Assembly: GCA_028826165.1 (NCBI GenBank)
Contig: JAPDFW010000063.1
Coordinates: forward strand, 558,001-622,000
Source of the DNA: Anaeramoeba ignava BMAN
Lineage: Eukaryota; Protista; Anaeramoebae
Length of the DNA: 64,000 nucleotides
Reading direction: 5' to 3'
Shown one piece after another: positions 1 to 12,744 of the stretch; the stretch's first letter is position 1, and each line of letters begins with the position of its first letter. A program made the position numbers and the translations under genes. The notes beneath the pieces are model-generated. The model was not told the origin of the DNA, searched no databases, and saw nothing but the letters and a program-made list of their open reading frames with translations.

Positions 1-3000
1 ACACATTCACAATTCCACAATCACTTCCATCTGGTCCAAGCCATTGAAACATTTCTTCAATGTTTGTTGTAAACATACTTGAACTTAAACCTTGTGGAAC
101 TTCATTATTAATGTTAATAGCTTCATCAAGTTCTGAATATTTTATAACATAAACAATTGGAGCCTTAACAAAACAAATATTTGAATTATTTTTGGATTAA
201 TTTTTGAATAATTTTTGAAATATTTTTGGATTAAATTTGAATTAAATATTTGAATTAATTTTGAATTAAATATTTGAATAATTTTTGAATTAAATTTTTG
301 AATTAAATTTTTTAAATTAAATTTTTGAATTAAATACTTGAATTAAATATTTGAATTATTTTTTAAATTATTTTTGAATTATTTTTGGATTAAATATTTG
401 ATTTAAATTTTTGAATTAATTTTGAATTAAATTTTTGAATTAAATTTGAATTAAATTTTTTAATTATTTTTTGGATTAAATTTTTTGAATAATTTTTGAA
501 TTAAATTTGAATTATTTTTGGATTAAATATTTGATTTAAATATTTGAATAATTTTTGGATTATATTTGAATTAAATTTGGATTAATTTTTGAATTATATT
601 TGAATTAAATTTGAATTATTTTTGAATTAATTTTGAATTAATTTTGAATTAATTTTTGAATTAAATATTTGAATTAAATATTTGAATTAAATATTTGAAT
701 TATTTTTGAATTAAATTTTTTAATAATTTTGAATTAAATTTTGAATTATTTTTGAATTATTTTTGAATTATTTTTGAATTATTTTTTGAATTAATTTTGG
801 ATTAATTTTTGAATTAAATATTTGAATTATTTTTGAATTATTTTTTGAATTAATTTATTTGAATTATTTTTGATTTAAATATTTGAATAATTTTTGATTT
901 AAATTTTTGGATTAATTTTTGAATTAAATTTTTGAATTAAAATTTTTGAATTAAATTTTTATTTAAAAATAAAAAAACTTACAAAAGTTTCTTGGAAAAC
1001 AATAGGTTTATCATGTTGAATTTCAATAATAGTAGGTTCAACGAAGTTACCATCTCCATCAATCTTCTTTCCACCATAAAGAATCTTACCACCTTGGTCA
1101 ACAGCAGCCTTAACAGCATTTTCAAAATTTTGAAGAGCAGATTTAGAAATCAACGGACCAACAAGAGTGTCTTTATTAAGAGGGTCACCTATTCTGATTG
1201 AAGAGTATGCCTTAACCATTCCCTGGACGAACGAGTCGTAGAGAGACTCGTGGATGATGACTCTGCGGGTGGTAGTACATCTCTGACCGCATGTAGCAAC
1301 AGCAGCAAAGGTGATTGCGCCAAGGGCGAGTTTGACGTTGGCGTTTTTGGTCACAATGATTGCGTTATTCCCGCCACATTCTAAGATCGTCCTGCGGAAA
1401 TTCTTTGCGCATGCAAGAGCAACATGTCGACCTACATTTGTGCTTCCGGTAAATGATATCAATTTCAGTCTTGTGTCGTTGATCATCTTCTCTCCTATTG
1501 CCTTTCCTGTTCCAAGTACCATTGGTGCTATTCCTCCTGGAAGTTTGTTTCGTTCAAGTACTTCTTGTACAATCTTTGTTGTTGCTATTGTGATTAGTGG
1601 TGTCGTGGAACTTCCTTTCCAAAGAACTGTGTCTCCACATGTCCAGGCTAGTGCCCCATTCCATCCATATACTGCAACTGGGAAATTGAAAGCTGTAATG
1701 CATCCAATCATTCCAAGTGGTGTCCAGCTGCAAATTTTAATTTTGATTTTAATTTTAATTTTAATATTAATTTTAATTTTGATTTTAATTTTAATTTCAT
1801 AAATGAATTTTAATTATAATTTTAAAATGAATTTTAATTTTAATTTTAATTTTAATTTAAATTTTAATTTTAATTTTAATTTTAATTTTAATTTTAATTT
1901 TGATTTTAATTTTAATTTTAATTTTAATTTTAATTTTAATTTTAATTTTGGATTGATGAAGAAATTTTAAATCTTTAATTTTAATTTTAATTTTGATTTT
2001 GGATTGATGAAGAAATTTTAAATCTTTAATTTTAATTTTAATTTTAATTTTAATTTTAATTTTAATTTTTAATTTTGTTTGTTGAATTTTAATTTAATTT
2101 TAATTTTAATCTTTAATATTAATTTTAATTTTAATTTTGATTTTGGATTGATGAAGAAATTTTAAATCTTTAATTTTAATTTTAATTTTAATTTTAATTT
2201 TAATTTTAATTTTAATTTTAATTTTAATTTTAATTTTAATTTTAATTTTAATTTTAATTTTAATTTTGATTTTGGATTGATGAAGAAATTTTAAATCTTT
2301 AATTTTAATTTTAATTTTAATTTTAATTTTGCTTGTTGAATTTTAATTTAATTTTAAATTTTGCTTGTTGAATTTTAAATTTAATTTTTAATTTTAATTT
2401 TAATTTTAATTTTAATTTTAATTTTAATTTTGCTTGTTGAATTTTTTTTAATTTTAATTTTGGATTGATGAAGAAATTTAATTTTAATATTAATTAGGAT
2501 TGATTAAGAATTTGTAATTTTATCAATTAATCTTATTTTTATTATTTATTATTTTAATTTTTATTTTGAGTTTAGTTTATTTATTATTTTAATTTTTATT
2601 TTGAGTTTAGTGATTGTGAAATTTTTATTTTAAATTGTTGTTGATCATATTTTTAATTTGAGTTTAGTTGTTGTGAATTTTATTTAATAAATTGTTTAAT
2701 AAATTGAAATTGATATTAATTGGAATTGATCTATTAATTGGAATTGATATTAATTGAAATTGATATTAATTGGAATTGATCTATTAATTGAAATTGATAT
2801 TAATTGAAATTGATATTAATTGACATTTATTGGAATTGATCTATTAATTGAAATTGATATTAATTGAAATTGATATTAATTGAAATTGATATTAATTGAA
2901 ATTGATCTATTAATTGAAATTGATATTAATTGAAATTGATATTAATTGGAATTTATATTAATTGAAATTGATATTAATTGAAATTGATATTAATTGAAAT

Positions 3001-3545
3001 TGATCTTGAAATTGATATTAATTGAAATTGATCTTGAAATTGACTTTGATATTGAAATTGATATTAATTGATTTTAAAAGGAAAAAATACTTTTCAAGCA
3101 TAGTATGACCAGGTCTTTCAGAAGGAAGAGTTTTCCCACCAATTTGGCGACCCAAACCAACAGCGAACTCACAAATATCTACGACTTCTTGAACTTCACC
3201 GATACCTTCTGAAAGAATTTTGCCATTTTCCAAAGAAACAAGTTTGCCAAGCAAATCAATTTTTTGAACGAAAGCGTCCCGAAATTGTCTAACGATTTCA
3301 GAGCGTTTTGGCGCAGGAATGGCCTGCCAAATCTTTTGAGCCTTAGCTTGCTCTGCAAGTGTCTCTTCGTATTCTTCTGCTGATGTTCCGTGAACTATTG
3401 CTATTGGTTTGTTCGTAGTTGGATTCATTGATACAATCTTTTCTCCGCTTCCGCACCATCGACTTCCTGTGAAACACCCGTAGTTCTCTTTCTCTATTCC
3501 TAACTCTTTTAGAAATTCATATGAATCATATGTTAAGTCTTCCAT
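1..3545 (-). CDS. ALDH7A1: Aldehyde dehydrogenase family 7 (antiquitin-like); 3 exons visible, 3' end runs off the window
   Basis: Exons 3545-3091, 1727-983 and 163-<1 join in frame at GT..AG (LEN|WTPLG; QETF|APIVY). Motifs: ITAFNFP, FTGST, ECGGNNA, catalytic GQRCT, and the ALDH7-typical C-terminal PQGLSSS...[14 protein letters not shown]. Confidence 0.93.
180..960. repeat. Degenerate ~12-14 bp minisatellite (ttgaattaaattt-like) filling ALDH7 intron 2
   Basis: Dozens of TTGAATTA/TTGGATTA-containing units are visible between the splice sites. Confidence 0.9.
1735..3070. repeat. ALDH7 intron 1: (TTTTAA)n array with repeated GGATTGATGAAGAAAT inserts, then a 16-bp ATTGATATTAATTGAA minisatellite (~2705-3070)
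   Basis: Tandem units read directly from the sequence. Confidence 0.9.
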
Positions 3546-3789
3546 CTGTTTTAATTTTAATTCAATGTTTATGTTCTTTTTTTTATTTTTTATTTTATTT
3601 TTTTATTTTTTATTTTTTTATTTTTTGATTAGTTTTTTTGTTATTTATTTTATTTAGTCATTTTATTTATTTTGTTTTATTTTGATTTGAATTGAATTGT
3701 TTTACTTTTTCTTTTTTAATGACTAAAAAAATGAAAATAAAAAATTTTAAAAATTTTTTTTTCTTTTCAGTTTTTTTTTTCATTCCTCC

Positions 3790-5880
3790 AATTTTACTTA
3801 ATTTTATTTTAATTTCTAATTCAGTATTTAATTATAATTTATTTATAAATTTATTTTATTTATATTTTTATTAATATTTATTTAAATATTATTTATTAAT
3901 ATTATTTAATTTTTTTATAAATAAATTTATTAAATATTTTACTTAATTTTATTTTAATTTCTAATTCAGTATTTAATTATAATTTATTTATAAATTTATT
4001 TTAAATCTATTTTTATTAATATTTATTTAAATATTATTTATTAATATTATTTAATTTTTTATAAATAAATTTATTAAATATTTTACTTAATTTTATTTTA
4101 ATTTCTAATTTATTATTTATTTATTATTTATTTATAAATTTATTTTAAATCTATTTTTATTAATATTTATTTAAATATTATTTATTAATATTATTTAATT
4201 TTTATAAATAAATTTATTAAATATTTTACTTAATTTTATTTTAATTTTTAATTCATTATTTAATTATAATTTATTTATAAATTTATTTTATTTATATTTT
4301 TATTAATATTTATTTAAATATTTTTATTAATATTAATTAATTTTTATAAATAAATTTATTAAATATTTTACTTAATTTTATTTTAATTTCTAATTCATAA
4401 TTTATTTATTATTTATTTATAAATTTATTTTAAATCTATTTTTATTAATATTTATTTAAATATTTTTATTAATATTAATTAATTTTTATAAATAAATTTA
4501 TTAAATATTTTACTTAATTTTATTTTAATTTCTAATTCATTATTTATTTATAATTTATTTATAAATTTATTTTAAATCTATTTTTATTTATTTTTATTTA
4601 ATTATTATTTATTAATATTATTTAATTTTTATAAATAAATTTATTAAATATTTTACTTAATTTTATTTTAATTTTTAATTCATTATTTAATTATTATTTA
4701 TTTATAAATTTATTTTATTTATATTTTTATTATTATTTTATTTAAATATTTTTATTAATATTATTTAATTTTTATAAATAAATTTATTAAATATTTTACT
4801 TAATTTTATTTTAATTTCTAATTCATTATTTAATTATTATTTATTTATAAATTTATTTTAAATCTATTTTTATTAATTTTTATTTAAATATTTTTATTAA
4901 TATCAATTAATTTTTATAAATAAATTTATTAAATATTTTACTTAATTTTATTTTAATTTCTAATTCATAATTTATTTATTATTTATTTATAAATTTATTT
5001 TAAATCTATTTTTATTTATTTTTATTTAAATATTATTTATTAATATTAATTAATTTTTATAAATAAATTTATTAAATATTTTACTTAATTTTATTTTAAT
5101 TTTTAATTCATAATTTAATTATTATTTATTTGTAAATTTATTTTATTTATATTTTTATTAATATTTATTTAAATATTATTTATTAATATTAATTAATTTT
5201 TTATAAATAAATTTATTAAATATTTTACTTAATTTTATTTTAATTTTTAATTCATTATTTAATTATTATTTATTTATAAATTTATTTTATTTCTATTTTT
5301 ATTAATATTTATTTAAATATTATTTATTAATATTAATTAATTTTTATAAATAAATTTATTAAATATTTTACTTAATTTTATTTTTAATTTCTAATTCATT
5401 ATTTATTTATAATTTATTTATAAATTTATTTTATTTATATTTTTATTAATATTTATTTAAATATTATTTATTAATATTAATTAATTTTTTATAAATAAAT
5501 TTATTAAATATTTTACTTAATTTTATTTTTAATTTTTAATTCATTATTTAATTATTATTTATTTATAAATTTATTTTATTTCTATTTTTATTAATATTTA
5601 TTTAAATATTTTTATTAATATTAATTAATTTTTATAAATAAATTTATTAAATATTTTACTTAATTTTATTTTAATTTCTAATTCATAATTTATTTATAAT
5701 TTATTTATAAATTTATTTTATTTCTATTTTTATTAATATTTATTTAAATATTAATTATTAATATTATTTAATTTTTTATAAATAAATTTATTAAATATTT
5801 TACTTAATTTTATTTTAATTTCTAATTCATAATTTATTTATAATTTATTTATAAATTTATTTTATTTATATTTTTATTTA
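3790..5880. repeat. Tandem satellite, ~143-bp unit, ~15 copies, nearly pure A/T
   Basis: Anchor ACTTAA recurs at 3796, 3941, 4085, 4228, 4370, 4512, 4655, 4798, 4940, 5083, 5227, 5370, 5515, 5658 and 5802 (spacing 142-145). Confidence 0.95.
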
Positions 5881-5917
5881 AATATTTTTTTTTCATTTTT
5901 TTCTTTCTTAATTTATT

Positions 5918-6918
5918 ATGGAACCAACTAAACCTTTTATTAAAAATTTTGTTATTCAATTTCTTCAAAATAAAAATAACGAATTTAATGAAAATTTTTG
6001 TTGTTATATTCAAACAACTTCAAAACAAAATAAAAAAATGATAATTTATGATGGAAAATATTCAATTCCTGCTTTAATTTCAACTCAAAAATCAACTGAA
6101 GTTTTAGAATTGGATGGAATTTTTTTAATTGAAATTTCTAAATGTTTTTTAATTTTAAGAAAAAATAAAAATTTATTATTAAAAATTTCCCAATTAGATT
6201 TATTGGATCCGCTACCAAAATCAATTGGTGATCATAAATCCATTTTAGAAAACAAAAAAATTCAAAATTTACTTGAAAATTTTCATTTAAAGTAAAATTC
6301 AAAATTTGAAAAACAAAAATAAAATAAAATAGTTTTAATTCTAAATTAAAATTTTTATTTGTAAAAAAAAAAAACAAAAGAAAAAATCATTTCAAAAAAA
6401 AAATCAAATCAAAATTAAATTGGGATGTGATTGAAAATGAAAATGAAAATGAAAATGAAAATGAAAATGAAAATGAAAATGAAAATGAAAATGAAAATGA
6501 AAATGAAAAAGAAAATGAAAAAGAAGGAGAAAAAGAAAAAGAAAATGATTTAAATCAAATTAATTCAAATCAGTTGGAAAATTTAAATTCACAAAAAGAA
6601 ATGAATTCTTCTCAATCAAATGAAGAAACAAATGAAAAATCAAATGAAAATTTAATTGAAAATTCAAATGAAAATTTAAATGAAAATTTAAATGAAAATT
6701 CAATGGAAGATTCAATTGAAAATTCAAATGAAAATTTAAATGAAAATTTAAATGAAAATTTAATTCATGAACAGATTGATGAACAAAAATTATTTAATCA
6801 TCTTCTTCAAAATTGGAAACCTCCAAAAAAAATCCAAACAAAAAAAGAATTACCAATTTATTTTGAAAAAAGATCCAGAACAATTAACAAAATTTTAAAT
6901 AAAATTAATCAAAATTGA
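5918..6918 (+). CDS. N-terminal OB-fold protein, TPP1/Est3/Tpz1-like, with an EN-rich acidic linker
   Basis: Exons 5918-6291 and 6381-6918 join in frame. KPFIKNFV, IYDGKYSIPALIS, LLLKISQLDLL and SIGDHKSILENKKIQNLL parallel the TPP1-type OB motifs PWI, SDGxHS, FYLQVDRF and IGxP. An RPA70N-type OB fold is not excluded. Confidence 0.55.
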
Positions 6919-7410
6919 ATTTTAAAGAACAATTAACAAAATTTTAAATAATTAATCAAAATTAAATTTTAAAGAACAATTAACAAAATTTTAAATAAAA
7001 TTAATCAAAATTGAATTTTAAAGAACAATTAACAAAATTTTAAATAAAATTAATCAAAATTGAATTTTAAAGAACATTTAACAAAATTTTAAATAATTAA
7101 TCAAAATTGAATTTTAAAGAACAATTAACAAAATTTTAAATAAAATTAATCAAAATTGAATTTTAAAGAACATTTAGCAAAATTTTAAATAAAATTAATC
7201 AAAATTGAATTTTAAAGAACAATTAACAAAATTTTAAATAAAATTAATCAAAATTGAATTTTAAAGAACAATTAACAAAATTTTAAAGAACATTTAGCAA
7301 AATTGAATTTTAAAGAACAATTAACAAAATTTTAAATAATTAATCAAAATTGAATTTTAAAGAACAATTAACAAAATTTTAAATAAAATTAATCAAAATT
7401 GAATTTTAAA
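6877..7410. repeat. ~49-bp tandem repeat (AGAACAATTAACAAAATTTTAAATAAAATTAATCAAAATTGAATTTTAA), ~11 copies
   Basis: GAAC anchors at about 6878, 6927, 6974, 7023, 7072, 7119, 7168, 7217, 7266, 7315 and 7362. The first copy contains the upstream gene's last codons and stop. Confidence 0.93.
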
Positions 7411-7455
7411 TTTTCATTTTTTTCTTTTTCATTTTTTTCTTTTTCATTTTTGAAA

Positions 7456-10062
7456 ATGGATATTCGGAAAGCAATAGAAGAAAATAACATCGAATTTCTA
7501 AAACAAATCCAAATGTTTTCAAAAATGATTTACTCAAAAGAAATCAAATCAATTTTATATTTTGCAATCCAAAAAAAAGTGTCACTTCAAATGATTGAAA
7601 TTTTGATTGAAAAAAAAGCAAATCTGAATTTTGTTGATGAAACACAAAAAAATCTTTTACATCTTGCAATTATCAACAAAACAAGCTTAGAAATCATTTC
7701 AATCTTATTTGAAAATCAAATATCAATTCATGGAAAAACAGATCAAAACGAAACTGTTCTTCATTTTGCTTGTCAAAATAATTCCATTGAAGTAATCAAT
7801 TTTTTAATTGAAAAAGGAGCAGAAATTAATGCCAAAACAAGATTAGGCGAAACTGCTTTGCATTTCGCTTGTAAATTCGGGTCACTGGAAATAATCAAAT
7901 TGTTAATCCAAAAAAAAGCGTATTTTGAAGCCAAAACTTATGGGAAAAAAACTCTTCTTCATTTTGCTTGTGAAAATAATTCATATGAAATTGTCAAGTT
8001 TTTAATAGATCAAGGAATGGATATTAACGCAAAAACAAATCAAAATGAAACCCCTCTTTATTTTGCTTGTCAAAATCCACATTATGTCGAAGTGATGAAA
8101 TTGCTTATCAGAAAAAAAGCTGATCTGAACATCAAAATTAACAAAAAGGAGCAAAATCTCTTGCATTTTGCTTGTAAAAAAAAATCGCTTGATTTGGTTC
8201 AATTCTTGGTTTCAGAAAAAATGGACATCAATTCAAGAACAAATTTAAACAAAACAATTTTCCATTTTGCTTGCAAAAATAGTTCACTTGAAATTATCAA
8301 ATTTCTTATAGAAAAGGGTGTTAATATCAAAGCAAAAAACAATAAAAAACAAAACGCACTTCATTTTGCTTGCCAAAAGAATTCACTTGAAGTAATCAAG
8401 TTTTTGATGGAAAAAGGATTCAGCATAGATTCAAGAACCCATCACTATGAAACAGCCTTACATAATGCTGCACAAAACCCATCTTTAGAAGTTGTGAAGT
8501 TTTTTATTGAGAAAAAACTCTATGTCAATGAAAAAACATATGGAGCAATCTCTCCTCTACATCTTGCTTGCCAAAAAAATTCATCGCTTGAGGTTATTGA
8601 ATATTTGATTGAAAATGGAGCAGATCTTGATTCAACAGCAATATTGGGTGAATCAGTTTTTGATTTTGCTTTCAAAAACAAATCACCGGTTGAAATTGTC
8701 AAAAAATTGATCCAAAAAGTGGAAGTTTCTAAGATGAATAAAAATCGTGCTGAATCAATTTTGAATTTTATTTTGAAACACAATTCATTTGATTTACTCA
8801 AAACATGGGTTGAAAAAGGTGGGGAAATCATTAGTTCATTATCAAAAAAGAAAAAAATACCAATTTTGCATTATTCAATGAAAAAACGAAATTCATTTCA
8901 ATTAGTTCAATACCTGATTGAAAAAGGAGCTGATATAAATGCGAAAAATGACAAAAATCAAACAACTTTACATTTTGCTTGCGAATACAATCCATCACTC
9001 GAAATCATTCAATATCTATTTGAAAAGGGTGCTGATATCAATGCAAAAACAGCCACAAACGAAACCGCTTTACATTTCGCTTGTAAATCGCAATCTCCTG
9101 TTGAGACACTTGAGTTTCTTTTTGAAAAAGGATTGGATGTTGATGCAAAAGCATATTATTCAAAAGAAACCCCTCTTCATATATCAATCAAATCCAAAAA
9201 TCCACAAACAATCCAGTTTTTACTAACAAACAATGCAAATATTTCCATTCTAAAAAAAACAGATATTACCTATCAATTTGTCACTTTATTTCTTCAAACT
9301 TATTCCTTTATTGTTGATTTGGATAATTTCCTCAATTCAGAAGATAACTTTTCTGATTGTCAAATTGAATCAAGTGACGGTTTCAAATTTCATGTTCATA
9401 ATCTTATTCTCCTAACAAGATTTGATCACGATAATTCCATATTGCAAAATTTCCTCAATCTTTGTCAATCAAAATCAAAAGAAGTCGTTCAATATATTTT
9501 GGGGTTTGTTTACACTGGATTTCCTGATTTCAAACTCCTCAAATCAAAAATTACTCAAAGTGGAATCAAAAATTCAGATTCAGAAAAATCTTATTTAAGT
9601 TTTGAACTAGCCAAAAAAGAAAGAGAAAGAGAAAAAAATCAAAAACAATTGATTCATGAATTTTTTGAAGAAATGGAATTGGATTCAAAATGGATTGAAG
9701 CTAAAAAAGGAAGAAAAGGAATAATACAAGATTTTCATCAATTGTTTCAAAAAGAATCAACAAAAGATTTCACAATAATTTGTTCAGAAGAAAAAGAAAT
9801 CAAAGTTCACAAATTAATATTAATATTACGAAGTGATTTATTCAAAGGAATGTTTTTAAATGTTCAAGATTCTTCAAATCAAGTTCATGATTATTCAGGA
9901 AAATCTTTTGAAACAATTCAACAATTAGTTTATTTCTTTTATCATGATAAATTTGATAAAACCAAAATAACTCAACAAATTATTGAAGAATTTGAAGATG
10001 TTAAAGATTATTATCAATTAAATGAAAATTCAATAATTGATTTATTTTCAAAAGAATTTTAA
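7456..10062 (+). CDS. Ankyrin-repeat protein (~16 repeats) with two C-terminal BTB/POZ domains; intronless
   Basis: Repeated ETALHFAC...LIEKGADINAK units. BTB signatures FSDCQIESSDGFKFHVHNLIL and TKDFTIICSEEKEIKVHKLILILRSDLFKGMF. First ATG is at 7456 (the ORF track starts at an upstream TTG). Confidence 0.92.
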   Translation: MDIRKAIEENNIEFLKQIQMFSKMIYSKEIKSILYFAIQKKVSLQMIEILIEKKANLNFVDETQKNLLHLAIINKTSLEIISILFENQISIHGKTDQNETVLHFACQNNSIEVINFLIEKGAEINAKTRLGETALHFACKFGSLEIIKLLIQKKAYFEAKTYGKKTLLHFACENNSYEIVKFLIDQGMDINAKTNQNETPLYFACQNPHYVEVMKLLIRKKADLNIKINKKEQNLLHFACKKKSLDLVQFLVSEKMDINSRTNLNKTIFHFACKNSSLEIIKFLIEKGVNIKAKNNKKQNALHFACQKNSLEVIKFLMEKGFSIDSRTHHYETALHNAAQNPSLEVVKFFIEKKLYVNEKTYGAISPLHLACQKNSSLEVIEYLIENGADLDSTAILGESVFDFAFKNKSPVEIVKKLIQKVEVSKMNKNRAESILNFILKHNSFDLLKTWVEKGGEIISSLSKKKKIPILHYSMKKRNSFQLVQYLIEKGADINAKNDKNQTTLHFACEYNPSLEIIQYLFEKGADINAKTATNETALHFACKSQSPVETLEFLFEKGLDVDAKAYYSKETPLHISIKSKNPQTIQFLLTNNANISILKKTDITYQFVTLFLQTYSFIVDLDNFLNSEDNFSDCQIESSDGFKFHVHNLILLTRFDHDNSILQNFLNLCQSKSKEVVQYILGFVYTGFPDFKLLKSKITQSGIKNSDSEKSYLSFELAKKEREREKNQKQLIHEFFEEMELDSKWIEAKKGRKGIIQDFHQLFQKESTKDFTIICSEEKEIKVHKLILILRSDLFKGMFLNVQDSSNQVHDYSGKSFETIQQLVYFFYHDKFDKTKITQQIIEEFEDVKDYYQLNENSIIDLFSKEF

Positions 10063-10362
10063 AAACTTTCCAAAAAAAAGAGATCAAAAAAAATAATTTT
10101 TTATTAAATATTTTTTTTTCCTAATAAATTTAAATTAAAATTAAAATTTAAATTAAAATTTAAATTAAAAAAGGGGAAAAAAAATTTTATCTTTTTTTTT
10201 TTCCGATTTATTCTTTTTTATTATTTAAAAAGAAGATCAAAATTAAATTAAATTAAATTTCATTTTTTTCTTTTGAATTATTTACAAAATTGTTTTAAAA
10301 TTATTTAATTTTTATTTTTATTTTTATTTTTATTTTTATTCAACAAACAAATCAAACAAAAC

Positions 10363-12744
10363 ATGGGAGTAAGTAATTGTACTTTAAAACAAAATTTAAA
10401 TAATAACGAAGATGTTGAAACTATAACAAAAAGAAGAAAAAAAACAAAAAAAAAACAAAATAAAAATCAAAATCAAAATCAAAATCAAATTCAAATCAAA
10501 ATCAAAATCAAAATCAAAATCAAATTCAAATTCAAAATCAAATTCAAAATCAAATTCAAAACCCAATTCAAAATCCAATTTCAGATTCAGATTCAGATTC
10601 AGATTCAGATTCAGATTCAGATTCAGATCAAAATCCAAATTCAATTCAAAATCAAAATCAAAATCAAAATCAATATTCGAATCAAAATCAATATTCAAAT
10701 CAAAATCAATATTCGAATCAAAATCAATATTCAAATCAAAATCAAAATCAATATTCGAATCAAAATCAATATTCAAATCAAAATCAATATTCAAATCAAA
10801 ATCAATATTTAAATCAAAATCAAAATCAATATTCAAATCAATATTCAAATCAAAATCAATATTCAAATCAAAATCAAAATCAAAATCAATATTCAAATCA
10901 AAATCAATATTCAAATCAATATTCAAATCAAATCCAAAACCCAATTCAAAATCCAATTCCAATTCCAATTCCAATTCCAAATTCAAATCAATTTACAAAA
11001 AGATTTACATCTCAAATTGGAAATCAAATTCAAAATCAAATTATCAACTCGAATTATGAATCAAAAGATTTATATCAAGATACATCTTCAGATACATCTT
11101 CAGATACAGAATCAGTCAAAATAAATCATAAACATCATCACAAACATTCTAATCACAAACATCATAAATCATCCAAAAAGAATAAAAAACATCATCGAAA
11201 ACATTCTAATCACAAACATCATACAAAATCACCCACAAAGGATAAAGAACTTGATAAGCAAATTCGAAGCCAATATAATTATACCAATTCAAATTCAAAT
11301 TCAAATTCAATTCAAAATCAAAATCAAAATCAAAATCAAATTCAAATTCAAAATCAAAATCAAAATCCAATTCAAAAATCAAAATCCAATTCAAAATCAA
11401 AATCAAAATCAAAATCAAAATCAAAATCAAAATCAAAATCCAAATCAAAATCAAAATCAAAATCAAAATCAAAATCAAAATCAAAATCAAAATCAAAATC
11501 AAAATCCAAATTCAAAATCAAAATCCAAATCAAAATCCAAATCCAATCAAAATCCAAATAAAATTCAAAAATCAAAATCAAAATCAAAATCAAAAATCAA
11601 AATTCAAAATCAAAATCAAAATCCAATTCAAAATCAAAATCAAAATCAAAATCAAAATCAAAATCAAAATGAAAATCAAAATCAAAATCCAATTCAAAAT
11701 CAAAATCAAAATCAAAATGAAAATCAAAATCAAAATCAAAATCAAAATCAAAATCAAAATCAAAATCAAAATCAAAATCAAAATGAAAATCAAAATCAAA
11801 ATCAAAATCAAAATCAAAATCCAAAATCCCCAATTCAAAAATCAAAAATCAAAATCAAAATCAAAATCAAAATCAAAAATCAAAATCAAAATCAAAATCA
11901 AAATCAAAATCAAAAAAATCAAAATCAAAATCAAAATCAAAATCAAAATCAAATTCAAAATCAAAATCAAAATCAAAATCAAAATCAAAATCAAAATCAA
12001 AATCAAAATCAAAATCAAAATCAAAATCAAAATCAAAATCAAAATCAAAATCAAAATCAAATTCAAAATCAAAATCAAAATCAAAATCAAAATCAAAATC
12101 AAAAAATCAAAAATCAAAATCAAAATCAAAATCAAAATCAAAATCAAAATCAAAATCAAAATCAAAATCAAAATCAAAATCAAAATCAAAATCAAAATCA
12201 AAATCAAAATCAAAATCAAAATCAAAATCAAAATCAAAATCAAAATCAAAATCCAATTCAAAACCAAAATCAAAATCAAAATCCAATTCAAAATCAAAAT
12301 CAAAATCAAAATCAAAATGAAAATGAAAATCAAAATGAAAATGAAAAGGAGAATCCAAATGGATTCCGCAACCCAAATCCATTTAAATATCAAAACCAAA
12401 ATTCAATTCAATTTCGAAATTCAATTCAATTTCAAAATTCAAATCAATTTCGAAATTCAATTCAATTTCAAAATCAAATTATCAACTCGAATTATGAATC
12501 AAAAGATTTATATCAAGATACATCTTCAGATACATCTTCAGATACAGAATCAGTCAAAATAAATCATAAACATCATCACAAACATTATAACAACAAACAT
12601 CATAAATCATCCAAAAAGAATAAAAAACATCATCGAAAACATTCTAATCACAAACATCATACAAAATCACCCACAAAGGATAAAGAACTTGATAAGCAAA
12701 TTCGAAGCCAATATAATTATATCAATTCAAATCAAATAAATTAA
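10363..12744 (+). CDS. Low-complexity QN-repeat protein with repeated Ser/Asp- and His/Lys-rich modules; frame broken within the repeats
   Basis: ATG at 10363 follows a TCA-type motif. Unique N-terminus MGVSNCTLKQ, long (CAAAAT)n tracts, and module YESKDLYQDTSSDTSSDTESVKINHK present three times. Exact structure cannot be resolved. Confidence 0.4.
10460..12330. repeat. (AAAATC)n hexamer arrays and variants
   Basis: Directly visible. The hexamer is stop-free in all three plus-strand frames (QN, KI, SK), which explains the many overlapping ORFs. Confidence 0.95.

Noticed and set aside
1311-1802. Antisense and alternative-frame ORFs over real genes (also 8520-8831, 25228-25653, 30404-30790, 51290-51595 and others)
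   Set aside because: Shadows of well-supported CDSs with no recognisable motifs.
10396-12562. Overlapping ORFs of poly-(IL), (DF) and (KI)
   Set aside because: Alternative-frame and antisense readings of stop-free hexamer repeats.
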